Assembly (NCBI GenBank): GCA_965203325.1
Contig: OZ241875.1
Coordinates: forward strand, 1,536,001 to 1,600,000
DNA: 64,000 bases
Direction of reading: 5' to 3'
DNA from: a bacterium
GTDB taxonomy: Bacteria; UBA8248
Made by a program: the position numbers and the translations under genes. Shown here in pieces: positions 1 to 11,244 of this stretch (positions are counted from its first letter, which is position 1; every line of letters begins with the position of its first letter). The notes under the pieces were generated by a model, which saw only the letters and a list, made by a program, of their open reading frames with translations, made no database searches and had not been told where the DNA came from.

Positions 1-1767
1 CCAGGTTTCGCTCAAGCCGCTTCCGTCCCATATAAGACTTGCAAGCTGGCCACCCGAAATCCCCAGGCCGGGAGCAATGGCGGCGCCGTATTCGTTTTTG
101 ATCACCAGAACCTCGTCCACACCGTCCCCGTCGACGTCATTAAACAGCACGCGCGAGCGGATGGGGAGATCCGGCACATGATCCCCGTCCCCGGTGCTTT
201 CAGTATTGGCCTGGGAGAAGAATTTATGGACGGGCACGCCATAGGTTTCAGAACTGGAGAATATCTCCGAGCCGCTTCTGGAAAAAACCCTCAGCCTGTC
301 GTCTTTCCCGACCTCGATGACTTCCTGCGCGCCGTCCTTGTTGAGGTCCCACAAGCCGAAGCCCAGTATCGTTATATCGGGCGGAAGCGCATAAGGGGCA
401 GCGGGCGTGAGCTTTCCACCCGACCAGCGGTAGCTGCGGATGGGGCCGTCGAAAGCGCTCTCGATCCCTTCGCTCTGTCCCAGAAGCAGATAGGCTTCCG
501 AATCGGGAATCTTCTCACCCCTCTTGGGCCGCCGCATCCGTATCAGGCGATAAAAAGTTCTGTCGTTCCGTACTAGGGGCGTGAACTTCCCGCCCTTGAA
601 CTGCAAGATTATAGAGAACAACTCGTTCGAGCGGTAAGAGGCGAGGTAGAACTCCGGCGCGCCGTCTCCGTTCATGTCGGCGACGTCGAGCCAGCGGAAG
701 TCGTTCGCCGCCCCCTCGTCGAAGCGTGCGACCTCGCGCATCCGGTTTCCCTCGAAGCGGTTGACGATGACCTGCGTCTGCGTGATGAGCACGACTTCGC
801 TTTTTCCGTCCCCGTCCACGTCCGCCAGGGACAGCCCCCGGATGGCGACCTTGTCGAACGAGTAGCTTTTTTGGCCGCCTCCTCTATTTGGTACGCCCTC
901 ACGTGCGAGCACGAAGCTCTCGTTCGCGGGTCCCGCGCGCACACCGTCCCCGCCGCGCCTTAATTCCTGCACCTTGGGCGGGCCCTGCTCGAAGGGCAAC
1001 TCATCCGCAATGGCCACGGCCTTGAAGAGTTCTTCCTTCGTGGTGAGAGATAAAAGACGGGTGGAGAGGATTTTCTTCCCCCGGATTTCGCGGAGTTCGT
1101 TCTCGATCGCCATGTCGCTCCGCACCTGGTTCCGCAGGCGGATGGGGTTCTGATTTTTAAGAATTTCATCGGTGGCGACACCCGTCTCCAGGAGCCATAC
1201 CTGGAGCCTGTCCACGTCGTAGACATCGAAGCGTCCGCTCCTCAGGAGTTGGCGGCTCAGCTCCCTCGTGAGGGTCTCCATGCTGATGGGTTCTTTCGTC
1301 TGGTTCACGAAAGGCAGTATCGCCAGGCGAACCTTCGCGGCGGACATGCGCACCGTGTCCTTGACGCGCGGGGAGAGCCGCCCGCCAGGCGCCAGGCGGA
1401 CCAGACGCGCGATGGAGAATTTCTCCCGCACCTCGACGACCTCGACTTCGCCGATTTCCTCTTCCAGCTTGCCGAGAACGACGCCCGTCGTCGGGTGGCG
1501 AAACGGCGCGCCCTCGCGGTAGACGTTCAGCTTGACGCCCTTCACCACCTCATCCTTCTCTCCGAGGCTCAAGTAAAGATCCGCCCCCCTGACGGCGACC
1601 ACCGCGCCGCGCAGGTTCGGGAATCGCTGGTGCAGCTTTTCGCTGATGAGGCCCAGGGCCTTGCGGTAATCATTCTCCTGGGCATGAACCGAACTGCCGG
1701 ATGCGCAGAGGAGAATCATGAGCGCCGGCAGGACGAGCGACGCCTTCTTGAGGAGGTGAGAGAACAT
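1..1767 (-). CDS. Secreted FG-GAP/VCBS-repeat protein (partial; runs off the window start)
   Basis: Absent from the ORF track because it is truncated. Manual translation from ATG 1767 gives a signal peptide (MFSHLLKKASLVLPALMILLCASGSSVHAQ), an FlgT-C-like segment (FRHPTTGVVLG) and repeated DxDGDG motifs (DVDGDGKSE, DMNGDGAPE, DLNKDGAQE, DVDGDGVDE). Confidence 0.8.
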   Translation of the reverse strand, partial: MFSHLLKKASLVLPALMILLCASGSSVHAQENDYRKALGLISEKLHQRFPNLRGAVVAVRGADLYLSLGEKDEVVKGVKLNVYREGAPFRHPTTGVVLGKLEEEIGEVEVVEVREKFSIARLVRLAPGGRLSPRVKDTVRMSAAKVRLAILPFVNQTKEPISMETLTRELSRQLLRSGRFDVYDVDRLQVWLLETGVATDEILKNQNPIRLRNQVRSDMAIENELREIRGKKILSTRLLSLTTKEELFKAVAIADELPFEQGPPKVQELRRGGDGVRAGPANESFVLAREGVPNRGGGQKSYSFDKVAIRGLSLADVDGDGKSEVVLITQTQVIVNRFEGNRMREVARFDEGAANDFRWLDVADMNGDGAPEFYLASYRSNELFSIILQFKGGKFTPLVRNDRTFYRLIRMRRPKRGEKIPDSEAYLLLGQSEGIESAFDGPIRSYRWSGGKLTPAAPYALPPDITILGFGLWDLNKDGAQEVIEVGKDDRLRVFSRSGSEIFSSSETYGVPVHKFFSQANTESTGDGDHVPDLPIRSRVLFNDVDGDGVDEVLVIKNEYGAAIAPGLGISGGQLASLIWDGSGLSETW

Positions 1768-1989
1768 GAAAAACCCCATATTGGAAATGCGTTCTTAAGA
1801 GACTCCGGCGGCGCCGTTTCCGCTCCGTGACGGAGGATGGCTCTGGATAATCAATCAGCCGTTATATTATCATGATTTCGAAGACAGAATGCCCCCAACA
1901 CCCACAAATATACCGCGTAAGAAGCAGAAAGCAAGTTGAATCCGTCCATGCGGAAAGCCGCTCCGACCCAACGCAGGCCGTGTTTCGCC

Positions 1990-3903
1990 TCAAGGCGCGG
2001 CGAGGCCCAACTCTCTCATCATTTTCGGGTGAAGCGGCGAGCCGAACCTGCCGGCCTCTCTCGCGTGTTTTCGCGCGCCCGTGCGATCGCCTTCCACATA
2101 GAGGGCCAGCGCCAGATTGTGATGGACGCCTCCGTGGCCCGGCTCCAGCCTGAGGGCCGCCCTGAACTGCGCTATCGCCAGCCGCCTCGAACCCGCCTTG
2201 AGGTACAGGGTGCCCAGGTTGAATCGCGCCTCCACCAGCGAGGGTTTGAGGCTTATCGCGCGCTCGAAACGGGGTCTGGCCAGATCGCCGCGACCGGCGC
2301 CCATATACAGCACTCCCAGGGCCAGGTGCGCCTCGGCGTTCTCATCGTTCAGACGCAGGGCGCGCTGCAAGGAAGTTTCGGCGGCGGCCGGGTCGCCGCT
2401 TTGCATCTGCGCTATCCCCAAATCCACCCAGGCGTAATCGTAGACGGGATAGATCTCGACGGATTTCTCGAGCGGCGCAATGGCTTCGCGGAACCTGTTC
2501 CGGTCGATCAGGGCCTGCCCGTACACCCGGAGCGCGCGCGCGCTTTTGGGCGATACCTCCGCCATTCGCCGCCAGAAACGAAGCGCATCGCCCCACTCGT
2601 GGTTTCGCTTTATCGTCAGCGCCCCGAAGGTCAGGCATGCGACTACGAGCAGCGCCGCGCCGACCCGCCAGTCCCTTTGGTTGAGCCAGACGCCCGCTGT
2701 GGGAACGAGGGCGATCAGGAAGCCGGCCGAGGGGATATACAGCACCCGCTCCGCCATGATGGTGCCCATGGGGATTAGCAGGTTGCTCACGGGCAGATAC
2801 GCGCCGATGAAAACGACGAGCCCGAAGGCGATCCACGGCATGTCTTTCCTCAGGCGCCAGGAGGCGTACCCCCACGCCAGAGAGCCCAGTGTCCCAGCCA
2901 GCATCCAAAGCGCGGCCTCAGTCCCCTCCACAGGAATCTGCGCGAAGGAATAATCCATGCTCAAAGGCCACGGCCAGACCAGTAACTTGAAATAGCGGCC
3001 CAGTACGCCGACCGCGCCCAGGATACGTTCGCCGGCCGGCATCAGCGCCAGGACGTTGTCGAGTTTCGACGGGGGATAGGGGCGCGCCAGCATGCCCAGT
3101 GCGGCGTATCGCATCCACACGTAGACGATGAGCACGAGGACGAGCGCGCAGACGGCGGTGAGCGTGTGCTTGAGAGGCGGGCGCTCGGTCTTTCCCAATA
3201 CACAGCGGCTCCAGAGCCACCATAAAAGGGCGCTGAACAGCAGGGCGACGCCGATTTCCTTGGACAAAAGCGCAAAAAGGCAAAGCGCGCATGTGAGGCC
3301 GACGGGCGTGAGCACTCCTCGATAAGAGAGGCCTCCTTCGCCTCCCCTCTCGTGGATCCCCTCCGCAACGCCTGGTTTCGTCCCCGGAAGCGCGACGCCC
3401 ACCAGGAGGCCCAATCCCCCGAACACGCCGGCGGCGGCCATCAGGTCGGCGCGCGCGACGACGGCGTTCACCGCCTCGGTATGCACCGGATGAAGGGCGA
3501 ACAGCAGGGCGCCAGCTCCCGCCGCGCCGCGCGAAAGCCCGAAACGCATGCACAGCCAGAACAGCGCGAGCGAGGCGAGGGCATGAAACAAGGCGTTGGC
3601 GATTCTGTAACCCAAAGGGTTCAGGCCGCCCGCGGCGTGGTTCAGCGCAAAAGAGACGATGGTGAGGGGCCGGTAGAGGCGGTCTCTTCTCTCGTTCGTC
3701 TCTATCACGGCCCAGTAGTCGCGCTGAAAGGCTTCCAGAATGCGGCCGCTCTCGCGAACCAGGGGATTCTCGCCGATGATGGCGATGTCGTCGTGCAGAA
3801 ACGGGTTCGTAAACGCGCCCGCGAAGATGAAAAACGCGGCGCCGGCGATGGCGCAGGCCCAACCCCATTTCACGAGCGACCCCATTCGTCCTGTCTCATC
3901 CAT
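1990..3903 (-). CDS. TMTC-like membrane protein (GT-C/DUF1736 region plus C-terminal TPR repeats)
   Basis: Motifs FLHDD, YRPL, HPVHTEAV, SKE and AERVLYIPS; many TM segments; C-terminal TPRs. Start uncertain (3885/3903/3930). Confidence 0.8.
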   Translation of the reverse strand: MDETGRMGSLVKWGWACAIAGAAFFIFAGAFTNPFLHDDIAIIGENPLVRESGRILEAFQRDYWAVIETNERRDRLYRPLTIVSFALNHAAGGLNPLGYRIANALFHALASLALFWLCMRFGLSRGAAGAGALLFALHPVHTEAVNAVVARADLMAAAGVFGGLGLLVGVALPGTKPGVAEGIHERGGEGGLSYRGVLTPVGLTCALCLFALLSKEIGVALLFSALLWWLWSRCVLGKTERPPLKHTLTAVCALVLVLIVYVWMRYAALGMLARPYPPSKLDNVLALMPAGERILGAVGVLGRYFKLLVWPWPLSMDYSFAQIPVEGTEAALWMLAGTLGSLAWGYASWRLRKDMPWIAFGLVVFIGAYLPVSNLLIPMGTIMAERVLYIPSAGFLIALVPTAGVWLNQRDWRVGAALLVVACLTFGALTIKRNHEWGDALRFWRRMAEVSPKSARALRVYGQALIDRNRFREAIAPLEKSVEIYPVYDYAWVDLGIAQMQSGDPAAAETSLQRALRLNDENAEAHLALGVLYMGAGRGDLARPRFERAISLKPSLVEARFNLGTLYLKAGSRRLAIAQFRAALRLEPGHGGVHHNLALALYVEGDRTGARKHAREAGRFGSPLHPKMMRELGLAAP

Positions 3904-4106
3904 CGCCCGAACTGCCGAGCGTTTCTCCAATGCGCCGTCAACCGCCTGAAAAAGAACGGTATCCGCATGAAAAGACTCCCGATGTCACGGCCCGGCCCCA
4001 GTAATTTCAAAAACATCCGAATCATTGAGCCGCCATCATGACAACAAAACTTCCGCCCCGCCACCGGAAACCTCGATAAAATCGCCCTCCTCGTCCGCTT
4101 TTCCTT

Positions 4107-4135
4107 TTGACTCCCGGCGTAACGACTGATAGTCT
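4107..4135 (+). promoter_or_regulatory. sigma70-type promoter for the TPP riboswitch/thiC
   Basis: TTGACT-N17-TAGTCT immediately upstream of the riboswitch. Confidence 0.6.
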
Positions 4136-4147
4136 TTGAACTTGCAA

Positions 4148-6126
<1,979 letters not shown>

Positions 6127-6152
6127 GCCGTCCGCAGCCGACTCGCCTCATC

Positions 6153-6188
6153 AAACCCCGCTCGGGCCGACGCCCGGGCGGGGTTTTT
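6153..6188 (+). terminator. Rho-independent terminator after thiC
   Basis: AAACCCCGCTCGGGC-CGAC-GCCCGGGCGGGG followed by TTTTT. Confidence 0.8.
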
Positions 6189-6272
6189 CTTATGGCTCGA
6201 TAACCACCACAAGACTTTGACACGGGATTGATGATAGATTCCTCTTATCGTACCAAGTCGATGGGAGCCGCC

Positions 6273-7331
6273 ATGACGCTGAGAATGGGTGTGTGGGCGC
6301 CCGTGTGGGGCACGTTTCTGGGGCGGGTCGAAAAACCCGAGACAGTGAAAGAGGCCTCATTCGCGCACAATGCGCGCTATATCCAGCGCGCCGAGGAGTT
6401 GGGATTCGAGAGCACCCTGTTGCTCGACAGGAGCCTCAACAGCATCAAGGGCGTGGGCGCGCCGGTTCTCGAAGCCTGGATAACGGCGGCGGCGCTGGCA
6501 CCCATTACGAAGAAAATCGAACTCATCATCGCCGCCAAGAGCGCCTACCGCCACCCTTCGCTCGTCGCCCAGATGGGGGCGAACATCGACTGCATCAGCG
6601 GGGGGCGCTTCGCCATCAACATCGTCTCGGGCTGGTGGGCGCTGGAAAACGAGATGGCGGGCATCCCCTTCCCGCCGCACGATGAGCGCTACGATCTATC
6701 CGAAGAGGTCATGCACATCCTCAAATCCTACTGGACGAAGGAGCGCTTCAGCTTCAAGGGCAGGTATTTCCAGATAACAGACGGCGTCACCGCGCCCAAA
6801 CCCGTCCGAAAGCCCTGGCCCACGTTTTATTTCGGGGGCGAATCCACCGCCGCCGTGAAGCTGGCGGGCAAGGCGGCGGACGTTTTCCTGTTCAACGGCC
6901 GTTCGCTCGCGGACGCGAAGGAGTTGATGGCCGCCGTGAACCAGGAAGCGGAAGCAAACGACAGATCCATCCGCCACGGGATGAGCTCGTTCATCGTCTG
7001 CCGCGACACAGACGAGGAGGCCCGGGCGGAACTCGATCGCCTTTTCTCGCTCATCACCGAACCGCCCAAGCTGAAGAGAGTCGACAGGGCCGCCCAGCAC
7101 AGGAAAACGAGCGGGAAGGCCGGCGGCGTCGGCTCGAACGGCGGCACGGCGACGGGCCTCGTCGGCTCGCCTGAGACCATCGCCGAGCGCATCATGGCGT
7201 TTCACGAGGCGGGCGTGGAGTTGTTCCTGCTCCAGTTCCATCCCATGTTCGAGGAGATGGAGCGCTTCGCCTCGGAGGTCATGCCGCTTCTGCCCCTGGG
7301 CGAGAAAGCGCCCGAGGCGGCGAGAGCCTAG
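6273..7331 (+). CDS. LLM-class flavin-dependent oxidoreductase (SsuD/SfnG-like)
   Basis: Motifs AEELGF, LEAWITAAALA, SGGRFAINIVSGW, YFGGES and LVGSPETIAERI. Confidence 0.85.
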   Translation: MTLRMGVWAPVWGTFLGRVEKPETVKEASFAHNARYIQRAEELGFESTLLLDRSLNSIKGVGAPVLEAWITAAALAPITKKIELIIAAKSAYRHPSLVAQMGANIDCISGGRFAINIVSGWWALENEMAGIPFPPHDERYDLSEEVMHILKSYWTKERFSFKGRYFQITDGVTAPKPVRKPWPTFYFGGESTAAVKLAGKAADVFLFNGRSLADAKELMAAVNQEAEANDRSIRHGMSSFIVCRDTDEEARAELDRLFSLITEPPKLKRVDRAAQHRKTSGKAGGVGSNGGTATGLVGSPETIAERIMAFHEAGVELFLLQFHPMFEEMERFASEVMPLLPLGEKAPEAARA

Positions 7332-7338
7332 GCCGCGC

Positions 7339-7827
7339 TCACTCCAGCGATACGCGCGCGCCCAGCCCGAAGCCGTTTCTCAGGAACCAGCCCTGGTTCA
7401 CCTCCAGCACCCGGCGGACCTTGTGGCGGGAGGTGTAGGAGGGAATCCGCGTCCCCGGCTTGTGGGGCTGTAAGTGTATGATTTCCAACACTTCTCCGCT
7501 CTTGTCGATGAAGGCGAGCGAGAGCGGAATCCGCGTGTTCTTCATCCAGAAAAACCGCCGCGCATCATCATCGTAGACGAAGAGCATCCCGGCGTTCTCC
7601 GCCAGCCGCTCCCGGCCCATGAGGCCCTGCGCGCGGGCTTTGGGGGTATTTGCGATCTCGACCGAAAGCGTCGCCTCGCGCCCGTTCTGGGTGATGCGCA
7701 CCACGCCGCGCTCGAAGGTCTGGGCGGCGGCGGATGAGGGCGCGAGCAGGCCCCAGGCGAGGAGCAAGGCGCAGGCGGCGAGACCCCCGAAAACCCTCCG
7801 TTTCACGTATAACCTCAAATAAATCAA
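7339..7827 (-). CDS. DUF192 family exported protein
   Basis: Motifs VEIANTP..RAQGLM, GMLF, FWMKNTRIPL and VLEVNQG; signal peptide. Confidence 0.88.
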   Translation of the reverse strand: MIYLRLYVKRRVFGGLAACALLLAWGLLAPSSAAAQTFERGVVRITQNGREATLSVEIANTPKARAQGLMGRERLAENAGMLFVYDDDARRFFWMKNTRIPLSLAFIDKSGEVLEIIHLQPHKPGTRIPSYTSRHKVRRVLEVNQGWFLRNGFGLGARVSLE

Positions 7828-8054
7828 ATGGATAAATTTTCACTTATTTTCACGAAAACATCGTGAATTTATCGAATTTTTCACTATTTTTCAGCAATTC
7901 GTTTTTCGGGGAAACGTTTTTCGCGCACCGCCACCATACCCGACCCGAACCCCCGCCGCCACGGGCAAATGCGGGAAATTGCGTGATCAACCCCGACCGA
8001 TGAGGGGTCGAACCCGATTGATGAATGAGGGTTCGCCGCGACCGATGAAGGATC

Positions 8055-8207
8055 GATTGCTCCCGGATGACCACCGCGCCCGTTCGCATCAAAACCCGTT
8101 CGGTGAGAAAATACGGTTCAAGTCTCATGGCGCTTGCACCGAGTCCGGTAGAAGCGCCTGAATTTCCGGGCGGGTATCCTGACTCGATCGCACATCGAGG
8201 GAGCATC
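8055..8207 (-). ncRNA. Candidate 6S-like (SsrS) RNA
   Basis: Long irregular rod: GATGCTCCC/GGGAGCAATC closing stem, ACCCGCCCGG/CCGAACGGGT, GGCGCTT/AAGCGCC arm and a central bubble. Contains CTTGAACC and the 3' block GCGGTGGTCATCCGGGA, resembling 6S consensus. Not in the usual zapA/ygfA context. Confidence 0.5.
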
Positions 8208-8274
8208 TAACGGCAAACGGCGGGCGCGCCCGGACGCCGCGCCTTTCATCCGAGTTGAGCCTGGAGGGATTACA

Positions 8275-8742
8275 ATGGCCGAAGATCATCATCACTTCAT
8301 GGGATTGACGCTCGAGGAGTCGCGTCTTGCGCTTGAGGCGGGGAACTCCCCCGTCGGCTCCATCATCGTCAGGGACGGCGAAATCATCGGCAGGGGGCAG
8401 AACCGCGTCATCTCCCACAACGACCCCACCTGCCACGGCGAGACCGACGCCATCCGGAACGCGTGCAGCGCGCTGGGCACGCCCGACCTCTCCGGCGCCA
8501 CGCTCTACACGGCGATGGAGCCCTGCCCGATGTGCTGCTGGTCCATCGTCCTGGCGAAGGTCGAAACGCTCGTCCTGGGCGCGCGCCACGCCGAGATGGG
8601 ACGAACCGACTACGGGGACTATTCCGTCGAGAAACTCCTGGAGATGGGGAACCAGACGATTCGTATCGTCACCGGGGTCCGGGTCGCCGAATGCGAGGCC
8701 TTGAGGCGCAGCTGGTCGGGCTGGGTGGAGCCCGGAGCGTAG
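8275..8742 (+). CDS. Nucleoside/nucleobase deaminase (cytidine deaminase superfamily)
   Basis: Zinc motifs HGE and EPCPMC. Confidence 0.9.
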   Translation: MAEDHHHFMGLTLEESRLALEAGNSPVGSIIVRDGEIIGRGQNRVISHNDPTCHGETDAIRNACSALGTPDLSGATLYTAMEPCPMCCWSIVLAKVETLVLGARHAEMGRTDYGDYSVEKLLEMGNQTIRIVTGVRVAECEALRRSWSGWVEPGA

Positions 8743-8779
8743 CCCTCGGTCGTCGAGCCAAATAGAGGAGAAAGAATTC

Positions 8780-9604
8780 ATGAGCCGCTGGATACAGGAA
8801 CTCACCTGGCCGGACGTGGAGGAATACCTGAAGCGCGGGGATACGGCGCTCGTCCCCGTCGGCGCCACGGAGCAGCACGGGCCGCACTGCCCCATCGGAA
8901 CGGACGCGGCCGAGGCCATCGCGACCGCAGAGGAAGTGGCGGAGCGTGCGGACGCGCTGGTCGCCGCTCCCCTGTGGTTCGGCTGGTCGCCCCATCACCT
9001 CGCGTTCCCGGGGACGATATCGCTCGCCGCGGAGACGCTGACGCGCGTCGTCGAGGACGTATGCAACAGCCTCGTGGTCCACGGCTTCCGGCACATCGTG
9101 ATCCTGAACGGGCACCGGGTCGCGAACCTCCCGCCGCTCGAGATTGCGATCGTAAGGGTCAGGAACGTAACGGGCGCGGCCATAGCCATCGTGGACCTGG
9201 CCCTCATCGCCGGCAAGGAGATTCGCGACGTATGCGAGAGCCCCCCGGGCGGCGTCGGCCACGGGTGCGAATCCGAGACCTCCTTCATGCTGTATAAATA
9301 CGGCGAGCAGGTGAAGATGGAGCGCGCGGTGGACGCCGTCCCCGAGGTGGGCGAATTCGAGCACCGCTTCGTGTCCGTGGACCACGCCGTCAACCGGGTC
9401 GAGAACCCGAAGCTCTCCTTTCCGCCGACGACCGAGGAATACGGGCGGAACCGCGAAGCGATGGGAGTGGGCGGCGCGGCGACCTTCGCATCGGCGGAGA
9501 AGGGGGAGAAAATCTTCGAGGCCATCGCCGCGAACACGACGAGATTCGTAAAGACCTTCCAGAACGTACCCGTCACCATCAAGGCGACCGCCCCGCCCTT
9601 ATAA
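8780..9604 (+). CDS. Creatininase family amidohydrolase
   Basis: Motifs PVGATEQHGPH, GTD, GWSPHH..FPGT, NGH..N and HGCESETS. Confidence 0.9.
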   Translation: MSRWIQELTWPDVEEYLKRGDTALVPVGATEQHGPHCPIGTDAAEAIATAEEVAERADALVAAPLWFGWSPHHLAFPGTISLAAETLTRVVEDVCNSLVVHGFRHIVILNGHRVANLPPLEIAIVRVRNVTGAAIAIVDLALIAGKEIRDVCESPPGGVGHGCESETSFMLYKYGEQVKMERAVDAVPEVGEFEHRFVSVDHAVNRVENPKLSFPPTTEEYGRNREAMGVGGAATFASAEKGEKIFEAIAANTTRFVKTFQNVPVTIKATAPPL

Positions 9605-9616
9605 GAGAAGAGGCGG

Positions 9617-10144
9617 GTGGCAGGGCCGGGTCGCGGCCTCGGACAGGCGCGGGGGGCCTGTCCGCTACGAAACCACTGCGTTTGGGTGCGCTCTCCCCTT
9701 GAGGGTATTTGCCTACCTAGAGCGAGGAAATCAACTCCCCCCTTGAGGGGGAGTCGAGGAAGCCGAGCGTTTTTTGCGAAGGCTGACTCGGTGGGGGGAC
9801 ATGCCACAGATAAAACTCCCCCCACCGAATCGCTTGCGGGCATTCGCCCTTAGCTCTTCGACTCCCCCTCAAGGGGGGAGTTGATCTTGCTCGTTCATCG
9901 GGGTTTTTTACCCCCCTGACAAGGGGGGGTAGGGGGGGTTGGTTTTCCGGCCAATCGGACAACCACGGGGGAGGGTTGTCCCTACGCCCCGCGGCGTATC
10001 GAGACGACCCGTAGGGGCGCTTCGTGAAGCGCCCGTTTCTCCGGCAAGGACCGTTCACGAATGTGGGCGGTTCGCGAACCGCCCCTACGGTGGGTGCGGC
10101 GTTTGTCCGTCATTCCGACCAGGGATGATTTTTTCAACAATCCC
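9617..10144. repeat. Composite REP/MITE-like repeat cluster (copy 1)
   Basis: CTCCCCCTTGAGGGGGAG palindromes, CCCCCCTGACAAGGGGGGGTAGGGGGGG, GTAG-REP doublet at 10011-10088, GTCATTCCG unit and a TTTTTCAACAATCCC end. Confidence 0.85.
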
Positions 10145-10532
10145 CTACTCCCCCGCCCGGTCTCCCCTCGCCTTCTTCGCCCTCATCAGAAACGCGCCCA
10201 GGGCGGGCAGGAGCGCGATGGCGCCCACCATGTTGACGAGGAACATGAACGAGAGCACCGTGCCCATGTCGGCCTGGAGCTTGAGCGGCGCGAATATCCA
10301 AGTCGCCACCCCCACCGCCAGAGTGAGGCCGGTGAGCACCACGCCCGCCCCCATGGTGGCGAGGGTGCGTTCGTAGGCGGCGGCGAAATCGAGTCCCTCC
10401 CTCATATAGGCGAGAAGCCGCCCGCAGATGTATATCCCGTAATCCACGCCGATGCCGACCCCCAGGGCCACCACGGGAAGCGTCGAGACCTTGAGGCCGA
10501 TCTCCAGAAACGCCATCAGGGCGCAGGCCAGG
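10145..10532 (-). pseudogene. Duplicated 3' fragment of the RND/MMPL transporter gene
   Basis: Translates to nearly the same C-terminal ~128 aa as 11896-12283; no matching N-terminus. Confidence 0.9.
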
Positions 10533-10638
10533 GTGGTGAATTTCTTTCCGGCTTGCATTTGTTCTCTTTGAATTGTTCTTGATTTTTGGACCCCAATCAG
10601 ACATATTGTTATTATTTATTTTAATATAAGGACATCAA

Positions 10639-11244
10639 ATGAACCCGCAACTGATTGCACAACCCGAAGATATCTTCCGCAAAAACGGCGGCCAGCTTCG
10701 AATGAGCGAGGCTCTCGCCGGCGGGATGACGCGCTACACCCTGTATGCGCTCAGGGACAGGGGCGTCGTCGAGCAGATCACCAGGGGCGTTTATCGGCTT
10801 CGGGAACTGCCCCCGCTCGGCAATCCGGACCTGGTGACGGTGAGCCTTCGCTTTCCCAGGGCCGTCGTTTGCCTTGTCTCTGCACTTGCCTGGCACGAGA
10901 TCACGACCCAGATACCACGTGAAGTCTCCGTGGCGGTGCCGAAAGACTCTCGGACGCCGGTGCTCGACTATCCCCCCCTCAAGGCGCACAAATTCTCCCA
11001 CGAAGCATACGAACCCGGCATCGAAGTACACCTGCTCGATGGAGCACCCGTCAAGATATACAACCCGGAAAAAACCCTGGCCGACAGCTTCAAGTTCCGC
11101 AACAAGATCGGCATGGACGTGGTGCTTGAGGCGCTGAAACTCCACAAGGAGCGAAACGGGATCAACCTCGGCGAACTTATCAAGTACGCAAAGATTTGCC
11201 GGGTCGAAAACGTGATGCGGCCTTACCTGGAGATGCTCGTATGA
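10639..11244 (+). CDS. Type IV toxin-antitoxin AbiEi-family antitoxin
   Basis: N-terminal wHTH (…QITRGVYRL), VCLVSALAWHEITTQIP, IYNPEKTLADSFKFRNKIG and RVENVMRPYLE. Confidence 0.9.
   Translation: MNPQLIAQPEDIFRKNGGQLRMSEALAGGMTRYTLYALRDRGVVEQITRGVYRLRELPPLGNPDLVTVSLRFPRAVVCLVSALAWHEITTQIPREVSVAVPKDSRTPVLDYPPLKAHKFSHEAYEPGIEVHLLDGAPVKIYNPEKTLADSFKFRNKIGMDVVLEALKLHKERNGINLGELIKYAKICRVENVMRPYLEMLV

Noticed and set aside
178..1830. Plus-strand ORFs at 178-576 and 1249-1830
   Set aside because: Antisense to the FG-GAP protein gene on the minus strand.
7961..8008. c-di-GMP-I (GEMM) riboswitch-like GGCAAA..GAAA stem
   Set aside because: Lacks the following GACGCAAAGC block and a proper P3/tetraloop receptor. 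A similar partial match at ~8212 is also degenerate.
7997..8070. Hammerhead ribozyme core
   Set aside because: Motifs are CCGATGA/TTGATGA rather than CTGATGA, and there is no correctly placed GAAA.
9617..10376. ORFs 9617-9853, 9717-10058, 9939-10376 (and equivalents at 11380-12168, 36112-36408)
   Set aside because: Translations of palindromic repeats or antisense shadows of real genes.
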